A program made the translations under genes and the position numbers. The notes beneath the pieces are model-generated. The model saw only the letters and a list, made by a program, of their open reading frames with translations. It did not search any database and was not told where the DNA came from. From Azolla caroliniana (lineage: Eukaryota > Plantae > Polypodiophyta), in contig JBHGNT010000001.1 in the NCBI GenBank assembly GCA_043228905.1, positions 17,484,001-17,548,000 on the forward strand: a DNA stretch of 64,000 nucleotides. The letters run 5' to 3'. Position 1 is the first letter of the stretch; every line of letters starts with the position of its first letter. Of this stretch, positions 35,641 to 48,600 are shown one piece after another.

Positions 35641-36420
35641 GTTATCGTCCCCTCGTGCGTTCATCTTGCATGCTCAACTTTTCTTGTATCCGTTTGATCA
35701 CTTGGCTCGTGTAGTGATCTCGAAAACTCGACGAGTCGTGACCAACAAAAGCCACCGGCCCCACAAAAGGGGCAATGAGCGCTTGCTCGGGAAGGGGTTA
35801 GGAAGTAGTATTGTCGTAAAGCAAACGTCGGGTCTTCTCTATCCCTTCGTACTCCCTAGTCCAAGACCCCCGTGGTCCTGCCCAAGTAACACACACGCAC
35901 GAAACGTCGTGACAACGTTAGTGCGACAACACTATAAGAAGTCAACCTCAGGTCTGAATTCGAATCAAAATTGGTACACATTGCCAAAGAAGTCGAGCCG
36001 CTTATTAAAGGAATACAAAGACGTCTTTGCATGTTGTATGAAATGGCTAGATCTAACATTGTATCGATATCAGATTCATCTCAGTAAAGATGCTAAGCCG
36101 ATCCAACAAAGAATCCTAATTATGCAATCAAAGTAAGGGAAGAAATCGATAAACTCCTAAGAGTCGGGTTCATTTGACCAGTAAAAAGGTCCACATGGTT
36201 AAGCTCGATAGTCGTTGTTTCTAAAAAGAATGGAAAAATTAGGGTATGTGTCGATTATAGGAAACTAAATTCGACAACAATTACTGATGCTTTTTCATTG
36301 CCTTTCACCTATAGCGTGTTGGAGGCAGTCACAGGGGCATGAAATACATAGCTTTCTTGATGGGTTCAATGGCTACAGTCAGATAAGAATGCACCTTGAC
36401 AATTAGGAGAAGACATTTGT

Positions 36421-37600
36421 TGTCATAAAAGGCCGCCTCCTTCCAATTTGTATCCTAGTGTGAGCTTGTCCAAAAGAGTTAGGACTTAGTATATAAGCAA
36501 TAACCTAATGGTGTAAAAGAGAGAGAATTTCTTGATCATCTTGTATAACGATCTCAGAGTGAGAGTGAGAGTGAGAAAGATATCAAAGCTTCCATTAAAG
36601 CTTAGAACGTGTCCATTCTTTGTTTATTCTCTTGTCTTCCTTCTATGTTGTTTGCTAAACACTATGACAGATCCCCGACTTGGTGGCATATGTTTCTGCA
36701 CATATTTGATCAACAACTGGTATTAGAGTGATCCCCGGCTTGGCGGCAACAAACAACAGAAAAAAATGTTGAAAGGAAAAAGACCAAGTTAATAAAATCC
36801 CACTTTCAAAGATGAACATGGCTTCAACATCCAGAACAAGAGTCGAAAGCAGAAAATTCGACGGCAAAAACTTTGCGCTACGGAAGGAGATGATGCAAGA
36901 CGTGTTGATCATCAGAAGACAAGTCGAAGCCATTCAACACAGTGAAAATCTGTGTCGATGACAACCAAAGAGTGGAGATATACAGACGAAATCGCAAACT
37001 CCATCCGAATGCATCTGGCTGAAAACATCTACTTCATCGCGGTAAAAGAGACAACAACATTCTCACTGTGGGAGAAACTACAAGCCATGTACGAGAAAAA
37101 GTCCTCATCTTCAAAACAGATTTTGATCAAACAATTGTTCAACATCAAGATGAGAGAGACCGATCTAACTACCGTCCACATCAATACCTTCAGCCGGATG
37201 TTGTTAGAAGTCTCCTCACAAGGGATCAACTTCAAAGAAGAAGTCAAAGACCTTGCCCTCCTATCAAGCGTGCCGGTGAGTTGGGAAGTATTCTGCACGA
37301 TGTACGTCAATAGCCGACCAATCCTAAATCTGGATGAGACGATCGGCCAAGTCCTCACCGAGGACATTCGGCGAAAATCGATGGGACTCACCATCAATGA
37401 ATCGGCAGAATCCCACTACTCGACCAAGTCGGTCTACTAATTGAGTCGATCAAGAGAACAAGCTGACAGAGCCGGTCGACACCATAGTCAATCAAAAACG
37501 AGGGGAGACCAACATCGGTCGAAGTCGAGAACGGGCCGATCAGGTGAATTCTGCACACATTGCAGAAAAGTTGGTCACAATGTTTCTGACTGCTGGTAAT
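36421..37600 (+). mobile_element. 5'-only Copia remnant (LTR 36421-36715, Met-i PBS 36718-36728, gag)
   Basis: TG...CAACA LTR, TGGTATTAGAG PBS, KFDGKNFALRKEMMQDVLI and LWEKLQAMYEKK gag, decayed zinc knuckle. Confidence 0.8.
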
Positions 37601-38129
37601 ATGTCGCATTCTCTTTCTCACATCTTGGTGGGATGTTAAAAGATGCCTTATTTTAGTAGACTTTCAAAAAGGCACAACACATGCATACATGGTTTCTTAA
37701 AACATACCAAAAAATAGAACTAAATAATATCATAACAACAAAATCAATAGTCTTATATTCTATCTACCATGTTTCTTATCCAAATCATAGATAAGGTATG
37801 GAAGTTCATGCAAGTACCATTGTATCACGAGTCATTGTGCTTGTTACCATACGAGATGTATGGATATTTGAGGGTGAAAGATTACAATGTTGTTGTTGTG
37901 TATGTGCAAATGTGCACGAGTACGAATGTAAGTGTGAGTGTGAGTATATGCGTAAGTGTGGGAACACGTACATGTGTGTGAATAGATAGGAAAGGTTTTA
38001 TGAGTGAGTGGTATGTGTTCCGAACACCCTCAAGTGCCCTTGATTCGGTTTCTTCCCAAAATACAGCTCGTGTGGTGACATTCCTCCTCTTTCGGATGTC
38101 TGATTATGCACATAGACGACCGTTTGAAC

Positions 38130-39680
38130 CACTTCGACCTAGTAAAACTTCGGCAGATGCTTCTCTTCAAGCATCACCCATGCCGCCTCCTCTATTGTCC
38201 GGTTCTTCCGCTTTGCCACACTGTTGTGCTCCGGTGTGTATCTGCAAGAGAAATCTCGTCGAATTCCTTCATTCTGTAGATATCTCGAGAACTGGTCGGA
38301 AAAGTACTCTCTTCCACCATCAGACCTTAGGCACTTGATCTTCCGTCTGGTTTCCCATTCAACAAGGCTCTTCACCTTCAAGAAGTTGGCGAATACTTCG
38401 CTCTTCTTTGCGATCAAGTACGCCCAAGTGTAGTCATCGATGAAGATTACAAAATAACGGCTTCCTCCAATGCTCACGTTCTGTGTTGATCCCCACACAT
38501 CCAAATGGATCAAATCAAGTCGTTTCTGACTTCGATTTCACTTGTTGGGGAATGGAAATTGGTGCTACGTCTTAACTAGTAGGCTTCACAGACTTGGCCG
38601 TTCTGGTGACTGAATTTCGTTAATCTGAAGACAATATTCTTTGTCTGCATCTCCCGAAGCCGCGGGAAGTTGATATGGCCGAACAGTTTGTGCGATAGGT
38701 CAATATCCGACTCGACCTTTTGCCCTTTCATGAACATAGAGGTTCTGACTTCGTTGGTGTCGAGGATGAACATCCTCCCGTCTCGGCGCCCTTGCACAAT
38801 AATTTGGCCCTCTTCCTCGATGAAGCACCCAATATGGGTGAATCGAACTTGCAACCCCTAGTCTTGTCTGAGCTGAAGTTTTCTGGTTGTGGTGCTCACA
38901 ACGAATATCTTCTTCAAATTTTCCCAAGCTTCCTTTGGCGTCTTAGCATCCCGAATGTAGCTTAATAGCTTATCACCAACATTAGATGTGAAGCAATAGA
39001 GAACTCTGCTTGTTGATTGCTCTCATGCTGGAAAATCCTTGTGTGTCGAATCCAGTGCTGCATCATTTGCTCCTTCGACATAACTCCGATACCCATGACC
39101 TAACCGGTATTGGTGCATCTTCTATGACCAAGATGCATAGTTGCTCCTATCGAGCTTCTCCATCAAAAGTGAGCTTCCTATTCCTCTATCCATTTCTCTT
39201 TTGTTCTATTCTTACTGCATGTTAGGTCTTGGTTTGTGTCGAAAGTTCTTATCGGTAGCAGAGGATGTTCTAATCCTCGTGCTCTGATACCATGAAAAGA
39301 TAATTATGCAGAAGCTAAACAGATCTCAACTGGCTCAGTCGGATAGCAAAAGACACCACAAAAAACTGGAATACGTAGAGTAGGTGAGAGAAAGACAAAG
39401 AAACAAAGAGAGCAAGACAATGAATCTCTATTTCAAAAAACTCTGTACATACAATGTGCTCTGTGAGCACTTTTATACAAGTCCTTAAAAGGACTCACAG
39501 AATTATTGACAAGTACCTCAATGCTTTTTGCCGAGCGATTGACACTAACTCCTACAAATATGCCCACGTACTAGGCTAGGATCGTAGGCCTTCAACGACA
39601 TACTGGTAAACACTCAGAACCAAACACCAATCTGGCTCTTCATTCCAAACATTGATACACCTCTAGGCTTATTCAACCGG
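38130..39680 (-). mobile_element. Deleted Copia remnant related to 28533-34153
   Basis: PBS GCTCTGATACCA at 39281-39292, LTR from 39293, gag start joined to integrase fragments (IHLDVWGS). Outer boundaries are approximate. Confidence 0.75.
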
Positions 39681-39699
39681 TCCAGATCATGTTGAGCTT

Positions 39700-42600
39700 G
39701 CTCGCTCAACAGACATTGTTAAGGCACTCACACCATATTTTGGGGCAAATGACAAATGAATATTCGCCGAAATACAACCTTACCACTTCTGGTCTCGGGT
39801 GCTCCATACCATCAAAACCTTCCCTTTTAAGATTCAAAAATATCTGTTTGTTGGTGATTTTGGCGACATCGATTTGATTCACGATTTCTGCAACACTGGG
39901 ATGAGGTTCGATATCTACAAATTTGAGATACCCTTGCAGTCCCTTGTTCTGCAACCAGTTACGAAACCTGTCAGATACCGGAATCGGCATGGTATCGTCT
40001 TTAGTGGTGTTAGCGCAGTCAGTGAGTGATGGAGAGAAGCGAAAGGAAGAAGCTTGAAAGTTTTGTGCTCTGGGCACTCGAAGAAGTTTGTGTGGTTGTG
40101 TGATAGGAAATGGAGAAGAAGTGGTTTTGGAGAAAAATTGGGCCATTTTTGGAGTAGTTAATGAAAACTTGCTATTAATTGTAGTGATACTATGAATATA
40201 GTAATAATACTTTTAATAACCACCACTCGTAATGAATACTGAATGATTTGTTAGTCTGCCCATTTATAGTCTCAAAAGGAAAGTGCCAAGAAGTCATCAT
40301 AACACGAATCTTTTCTATTATATATTTGCCAAGATCGATTTTTTATTTTTTCACTCTAGCTCATATTTACACTTACCACGTTACTACGTGGTCGGTCGAC
40401 TGCCGGCATCGACTCCGATTCTAAATGGGTTTTCTGGCATTACTCCTTGGTAAGGTTTATGTCAAAATCCATTCACCCATTTCAGCAAAATTTCTCCTAC
40501 CAAGGTCCCAACTTCATATGTACCATTTTTGCTATTGATTTTCCAAAATGGTCTTGTCCAACGAAATCAAAGTTTCCCTGGCATCAAACCCATCTTTGTT
40601 TGAAATACCAATACTAGTTTGTCGACTTCAAACATCTTTTCATTTTGTTTTCGGTGCCGCTCCACGAATGCCTTTGTTTGTCTTTGTTTCTACTCTAATG
40701 CACACAGCTCAAAGCCGACTTTCCTCCAACACGAGCAATTGTTCCTTCCTCATTCGTTTGGATTACTCTTCATCTAATCTTTTGGATCTGAACTCGTAGT
40801 GTCGAAATTTGAAATTTGACTAGCATTACGGCTTCGAGTCCGAATGCCATCCGAAATGGGGTCAATTTGATCATTGTTTTATATGAAGTCCGGTTATATG
40901 AAGCACTACGAAGCTTGTTATCTGAATCGGTTCTACTCTCATTCACTATTTTTCTCAAAATTATTTGTAGTGTTTTGTTTATCGATTTTGCCAATCCGTT
41001 GGCTTGAGGATAGTATGGAGTACTTCTTTTATGTACCACCACATAATAAGTGGACAACTCATGTACAATTTTATTTATGAAATGAGTACCCTACTCACTT
41101 ACCAATTCGATTGGGCAACCAAATCGACATCATATGGATTCATAGAGAAATTTGGTTGTGGATGCCATCGTGTTATCCCTTTGCCATCGTGTTATCCCTT
41201 AGTGCTTTGACTTGGTATAGTAGTCGGTGGCCACTATAATCTAGCAATTTTCGGTTCATGCAGCTACTAGTTTCAAAGGTCCGACAAAGTCAAGTCCCCA
41301 TTTTTGAAATGGCTAAAAAGGTAATATTGGCTGATGTGGCATCCTATCTCTTTATGTGGGTTGTCCGGTCCGCTGACATAAATCGCACTGTCGACAATAG
41401 TCTACTGCGTCTTTGAGGTAGTCGGCCACCACAGGCAGCTATTCCAAATTTTCCTTGCCGTTGTTTCTCCCACATAATGACCACCGACAATACCACAATG
41501 GGCCTCATGCAATGTCAAACTGTCCACTGCCATATGCCGTTGGCTCCTTTATGGTATAATCTGTCTTTCAGGAGAAAGAAGTTCCGACTTCTTACTGCTA
41601 ACCTTTTTCTTTCATCTAGTGGCATGCCTTCCGGCGGTAGTCTTGTACTTAGAAATATCGTCATTTCCGTGATCCATAAATCTACCTAATCTTCATCCAT
41701 TTCAGTGGCTGCAACAATGTCGACTCTAAAAAGTTGAGCATCGGGAAACTCATTTGTGACTCCCGTACCCGACTCTCCCCATTCTAGTCGACTCAAATAG
41801 TTGGCGACTGCATGTTGCACCCCTGGCCGATGGAGGAGTATGTCGAATTCAAACTCTTGCAGCAATAGTGTCCATCGAGCCAATTTTTTTATCAATTCAT
41901 GCTTTGACACCAGATATAATAATGCCGAATGGTCCACATGAAATGTGAATTTCTGACCCAATAGGTAGTGACGGAATTTATTTATACTGTATATCATCCC
42001 GAGGGCCTCATGTTCGGTTGTTGAGTAATTCCTTTCAGCTGTTGAGGGTTTTCAACTCGCGTAGTACACGGGTCTGTACTAGTTTAACTCCGTCAGCTGC
42101 ATTAATGAGCTTTCGATAGCTACATCGGATGCGTCGACGAACACATGAAAAGGCTTCTACTAGTCGAGCAGTTGTACAATTGGTACCTTAGTAAGCATCT
42201 TCTTGAAGCAATCATAGGAATCTTGCTCCACATTTGTCCATTGAAAGGGTGTTTTATGTATTGTGGTATGTAGAGGTGTTGTTACGTCAATGATATACCA
42301 AATCATTCGACTATGCCATCGGATTTGGCCCAAAAATCTACTGAGAGCCTTAGCATTAGTCGGTGTCGGAGCTTCAAGTATCACCTTCACCTTGTCGGGA
42401 TCGACTGCAATTCCTTCCTAACTAACGATATGGCCAAGCAGCGTACCAGTGGTTACTCCAAATGCACATTTAGGAGGATTAAGACTAAGTCGACCTTCCC
42501 GACACCGTTCCAGACACTGTCATAAATGCTCAAAATGATCGGTTTTTCTACTAAATACGAAAAAATCATCAAGGAATACTTGCCTATGTGCAGGGATATA

Positions 42601-45600
42601 ATCAGCGAAAATTTCTGGAATAACTCTCTGTAATGTCGCTGAAGTTGTTCATTACAACCGCAACAAATACTCCTCATTCCGTGACAAAGGTTGTTTTTTC
42701 CTGATCTTCTGGATGCATTTGAACCTAATTGTAGCCACTAAAGCCATCCAAAAAGTTGTAAATTTTGTGACCTGCCACCTTATCTAAAACCCCATTCGTA
42801 AATGGTAACGGAAATGTATCTGTTATTGTGGCAGCATTAAACTTCCTATAGTCGACACATACCCAGATCTTTCCATTTTTCTTGGGTATTACTACAATTG
42901 GACTTAACCAAGTTGCCTTTTCTACTGGGCGCATAAAGCCAACTCTAAGGAGTTTGTCGATTTCTTCCTTGACTTTCACAGCATAGTTCGGATTGAGTCA
43001 GTACTAACGTTGACAAAATTATGGGAATTTTGTTGAGTCAGTACTAACTTTCACAGCATTATGGGAATTTTGCTGATGTTGACAAAATGTTGGATCTAAT
43101 CACTTCATGTCTTCAAATGACCTGGCGAACACATCTTTATATTGACACAATAGACCAGTCATCTTCGCTTTGTCTACCGACTCCATTTCTTTGGCTATTA
43201 GAATTGTCTTTGGTTCAGTGTCGGTGCCAACTAAGTTTAATTCTTCAATCGTCGATGCCTGAACTCTTTGGGACACCTGCATCTCCCTTTCTGTGGCTTC
43301 CTATTGCAGTCGTAATTCCTTCAATGTTTTGTCATCCACAAAATCTTCTTCTTCTTTATCTTCTTCCCCCATATAAGGAGTAAGTGCCTATAAGATGTCT
43401 ACTTCGAATAGTAGAATGATCTTTGTGTTGTCTTCAAAATATTGGTCTTCTTCAATTTCATCCAAACCTTCCATCATATTTACTACTTCTGCATGAACTA
43501 GGAAACATTGTTGAGTCGTGCTAACCTTTCCCTGTGTTGATACCCGAATTTTATTCTTTTCCTTTTGGAATGTTAAGGTGTTCTTGTTACAATTCTGTTT
43601 AATATTTATTTGCATTTTTTAGCCAAGGTCTGCCCAATAATAATGGATATGCACATGGTGCCTCCAAATGAAGTACTACCGAGATTTGAAAAGTGTGACC
43701 TGCTATAATGAAATCTAATTGACGAATGAATCCCAACGGTCGTATTGTACTTGTGTTGGCCATTCTTAACCAGAAAGGACATGCAACCCACTTGGTAATT
43801 CTGAGCCTATCACATGTGATCTTATTGATCACATTTAATCTTGATCCACCGTCGATAGTAGTGTCGGGGACTTCCTGGCGCCAAATTCTTACTTTTATTG
43901 ATGGGCTATGTTCATCCATTATGGTCGGTCTGAAGATCGGATTGTTGTAATTTACCGACGCTTTTTTGGTTCCATTCTGCACAATGATCATCGCAACCTT
44001 TTTTGTGAACTTGGGCACTAATTTTAACAATCTGGCCAAAGGTAGTGACACTTGGCCATCTGCCAAGATTTTCCATGTCTATTCATCCTCAATTGTTGAC
44101 TTTGGTGCAGTTTGACCGACTGTTTGACCATCGACCAACGTCGCATTCTCCTCCAACATTCTGGCAACATTGTTATTATTAGCTTCCTCAACCCATTCCT
44201 TAGTTGTCGTTCGCAGTACTTCCTACACCTCTCACTCCGATTGTTTACCTTTACTACGAGTGGTTACTTGCTGTATTTCCAGTACCACCATATTTACTAT
44301 TGGTGCCTTTCCTTTATCTTTCGTTGAGCAATGATTTGCATAGTGCCCATCTCTTTTGCATATGTAGCAATTTGGAACTGATGAGCCACTAGATTCTCTG
44401 GGTTCATATTGAGGTCGATGAGCATCCTGAGTTTCTGAATTATTCCTATCTTTGGAATCATGTTGAAATTGGCGAGACCCTTTCGGCTTTCGGTTGTCAT
44501 TGAATCGACAATTTGGTGGTCGATTATCCTCATTTCTTTTATAGTTATTGGACCTTCGGTCATCCTAATTTTGACATCCCCTGTAGGGTTGTCGGTTATT
44601 GCTATCTCATCAGGGTGAATAGTCTCGATCATAATCATTTCGATTATTCTGTTGGTAGTCATCTTGTCGATCCTAATCATATCGGTCACCCCGTGGATAA
44701 CCGTCTGTTATATTATCCTCTCGTTGGCGGTCATTCCGCCGGTTATCATCTTCTTGCTCTGACTGATACCGGTTATCATATTTTGGTCGATTGTCGTCAT
44801 GCGACCAATTCCGATTTTCCTGATAATTCATTTCAGGATGAATTTGCCAAACTGGTGCGGTTGTTTTATTGAGCAGATTATACTCACATTGCTTGTTTTA
44901 TGATGACAAATCGTACAATGACATTGCTTGTTTTGAGGCAAGTCATACATTGAACAACTTGCCTGAATCTGAGCTCTTCTAATGTTGGTAAGTTGTGGCG
45001 TAACGCGGACATGTTCATATTGTTCTAATTGTGCATCTAATCCATTGCCAAATCTTTATCTACCAATTGCTCCAGTCATTGATTCCGGAAATCGAACACT
45101 GCTAAAGTTGTTCGTAGAGGTTCACATATAGCCTCCAGAAAAATATCCTTCAATTCCTCTTCTGGAATTGGAGTCATAAAATTTGAAATCAGATCACAAA
45201 TTGTGATACCGTTTCATGTGACTCTTGATAAACCTCATAGAACTGACCTATTAGATTCTTTTAGGGAATCTTGCGATGAAACAATTGTTTGAATGAGTCA
45301 AACGTTTTTGGCCTATTCTGTTAGCCAGCCGGCAAGGAGTGGAGGACAGTCTAGAAGTTGAAAGGGTAGGAATTATCCGAAGTTGTTATTAGAGTAATTA
45401 GTAATTTAGTATATTTTGAGAAGTGAACGGATGGACCGGAATCGGTATGCCAATCCGGATCCGGACCGGTTCACATCAGTGTGCCGGTTGGCACCGTTTT
45501 GTATGCAGAGCCGATGATCTATAAAATGGCCCGGTTACATTGTAAAAAAGGACGGATAATTAATAAAGCTCTATTTTCTTATCTTTGTGTATTGATTACC

Positions 45601-48600
45601 GTTCTATGGTAATTACTTTCTATCTTATGCGTGTATTAAGATTCATGATATGTTTCTTAAGTAGCCGATATAGGTCTGATTAATCGTCGGTCTAACTCTA
45701 TCTCACTGTAACACCCTTTGGTGAAGTGTCTTCCATAGACACCTTGTGTTAGGCAATTGTCCGGCCCTTAGGAGTAGCACAATTTTTGGCAACCACGATT
45801 CTTGCATAAGCGCAGCGAACAGCGGCGGGAATGGATGACTAGGCCAACGAATGGACCGGTTACGGATCGAGTAAGGTGACTTGCTAAGCGACTGGGGAAG
45901 CGAGAGGCCTTCCAATAGGCGGCGGAAGATATTTGTGTGGATCAATCATTTTCCAAAGTGATCGGGCGAGTGGCCGAGGAGTCACTCCGTTTGCAACAAG
46001 ATGTCTACCCCGACGAAGGAAGCAGCTTAAGTAGTCTTCGGGAACCATAGTCTTCGGGAACCATTTTCGGCATTAGCTGCAGGAGAAGGCGATTCAGAAC
46101 CATTTTCAGCCTTTGAATCAAACTCAGATGGCAAATATAGCGCTCATTCCAATTACCGCAGCAGTCACAACACCCCAAACGGACCGGCGGATGAGGAATC
46201 GGATACCTTACCGACACCGGAACCAGAATTGACAAAGCTGGAAGCCACAGACCGGCCAAGGTCTAAGCAACCCCCGACACCCGAAGCAGCGGAGGAAAGA
46301 CCTCCGACACCACCAGCCCGCGTTCCAACATCGGACGATGACATGTTGTTTCAATATCCCAAGTACCGGGATGATCTGGACGTAGAGGCCCACGTCTATG
46401 CATTTTAGCAAACCTGGGAAGCGAATCATGTGTCACAACGCCTAACCACGGCCGAAGCAAAACGCTCAAAGATGGTGGAGTTCAGCATGACCCTGGAAGG
46501 GCCCACCGCTAGATGGCGCATGACGCAAGATCCCAACACCATCACGACGTTTGAGGCATTGAAAACTAAATTCTTACACTTTTTTCACAAAGAGGTGGAT
46601 CAACAGGAAATGGTCGGCCTATTTTATACCATCCGGCAGGAGCCCACGGAGAACATTCAACAATTTGTAATCTGATTCCAGAGAATGCATAGCCAGCTCA
46701 GTTAGACACCACCGGAGGAAGAGACTAAGGCGATATTCCTAGCAGCACTCTGGGAACCCCTATTAACAATGTGCACAGTCATTGATTTCCGCACGAGTTC
46801 TGTCGACCAGGTCATAGACCGAGTTAGGGAAATGGAAAACTCCAGCTCGTGGTTGACGATGGGCGCACTCCAACAAACGTTACCAACCGATGAAGACCTC
46901 CGGTTTCAACAAGCAATTCAATGTACGACTTGCTTGAATGTCGGACACTCGGCGCTGGAGTGCACCATGCGTTCTCAATTTTTGCTTTGCCATTCCAGAA
47001 ACCACACAATGGACCGGTGCGAGTATAACTTCTTGAATCGACAAGCACCACCGGTCCGGCAAATCGGACCACGGAGCAACCAGGAGGAGGAAGAAGAGCA
47101 CTGGCGGCGAGAGGAGCATTACCAGCCGACACAAGATGTCCCATATAGTGATTGAAGAGACGCTTATGACCACGACCGGTATGATAGATATGATAGATAT
47201 CGAGACTAAAATGGGGAATAGAATGAGTGATACAACCGGGATCACTCCCCCGGTTACAACCCAGAGAGGGAGGACTATGACAAGTATGACGATCGGCCCC
47301 GACAGGGTTACCAGAACAAAAAGCATTTCAACAAAAAACGGCATTTCAATAAAAAAGGGGACCACCAATGGGAGCCGGAAAAGGGTATAGCAAGCACCCA
47401 ACCAGACCAAGGCTAAGCACTTACAACAGGACCTCAACCGGGTGTTGGAGCGATAGCAGAATCCAGCAACACCCGGAAGGCTTACTGCTACTATTGTCAA
47501 CAAGAGGGACACTACAGTAACCAATGTCCGGCGAAAAGCTACGATAAGCGACCAACGGTAAACATGGTGGTAGTGGAAGTTGCGGACATACAACAAGTAA
47601 CCATGAGGTCAAAAGGGAAAGCAACGGAGTGGGAAACCCAAGAAGCCATCCGGAAGCAGGCCACCGAATGGGTAAAGAAGGCAAATGAGCGGAATGTGGC
47701 AGAACTGGAACAACAGAAAGAGAATCCAGAGGAGCCCACCCGCAATAGCCAGGCAGAAAACCCAACATGGCAGGCATTGCAAGAATGTCAAATCACGCTG
47801 CCATTAGGTTGGCTATTGCAGTTAGTACCTCGGTTTACGAAAGGACTGAAGACGGGAATGACTACGGTCGACACGCCACCGGCTCCAACGTTCTTTTCTA
47901 ATCCGGAGGAGCCCAGTGAGCACCTCCAGCGGTGCCAGAAGAAGCGCACTACAGACCATGCCGGAGACCAATCGAATCCAGGGAAGGATAGGACGCCGAT
48001 ACCCCGCACTGAGGGCCCAGAGCCAAGGGTGGAATCAGAACCGGTTCGAATGGAACTGGTCACAGAATTCCCTACGCAGTTGGCTACGTCAGTAGGTCGG
48101 GATATAACAAGACCCGTGATTCAGGAGCCGGTAATTCAATTGTCTACACCACCGGCACACCAGGACCAACCAGAGCCGGAACGGCCAACTGAGGCACAAC
48201 CAGAGCCAGAACTGCCAAGTGGTAACCAACCGGAGCCAGAGTTGCCAATCAACGTAACCAGACAAGATTAGCCACTGGCAAGCACAGAAATCGGCCAAAC
48301 CTCTGCACGGACACAGCAACAAGGCATCGGTAGCCAATGGCTGCGGTGGAGCGGTGAGCAAATAGCTAGAGTAGTCCATTATATGGAGGCAGAAGAGAAA
48401 GCACAATTGGACCGGTTGCTAGCCACAACCGGAGAACTAGAGAAGGCCTGGTCAAGGATCCGGAGCTTGGAACAATAATTGGCTAAGATGGTCATAACAG
48501 GACCCTAGGAACAAGAACCGGTGGCTCCGGTACATGTATAGAATAACGTAATGCCAAAAACTGTACATAATCATACGACCCCGATGACAGAAACAATCCC

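Larger units (their letters stand above)
19971..35914 (+). mobile_element. Non-autonomous Gypsy-type LTR element with tRNA-Trp PBS, hosting two further elements
   Basis: LTRs 19971-20703 and 34740-35914 share U3 and the terminus. PBS TGGTGAACCCGATGTGA (20708-20724) complements the plant tRNA-Trp 3' end. PPT GGTGGGGGCGGA precedes 34740. Gag remnant at 20870-21260. Flanks ATGTT(T)/ACGTT. Confidence 0.8.
17060..36420 (+). mobile_element. Truncated non-chromoviral Gypsy (LTR remnant, gag, protease to ~19970; RT start 35915-36420); host of the 19971-35914 nest
   Basis: LTR end GACAACA at 17155 and degenerate Arg-type PBS at 17162. YPKY...AEVHVCAFL gag, IVDRGSRVNVI/LLGRPWL protease, WLSSIVVV..KNGKIRVCVDYRKLN RT. 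Confidence 0.75.
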
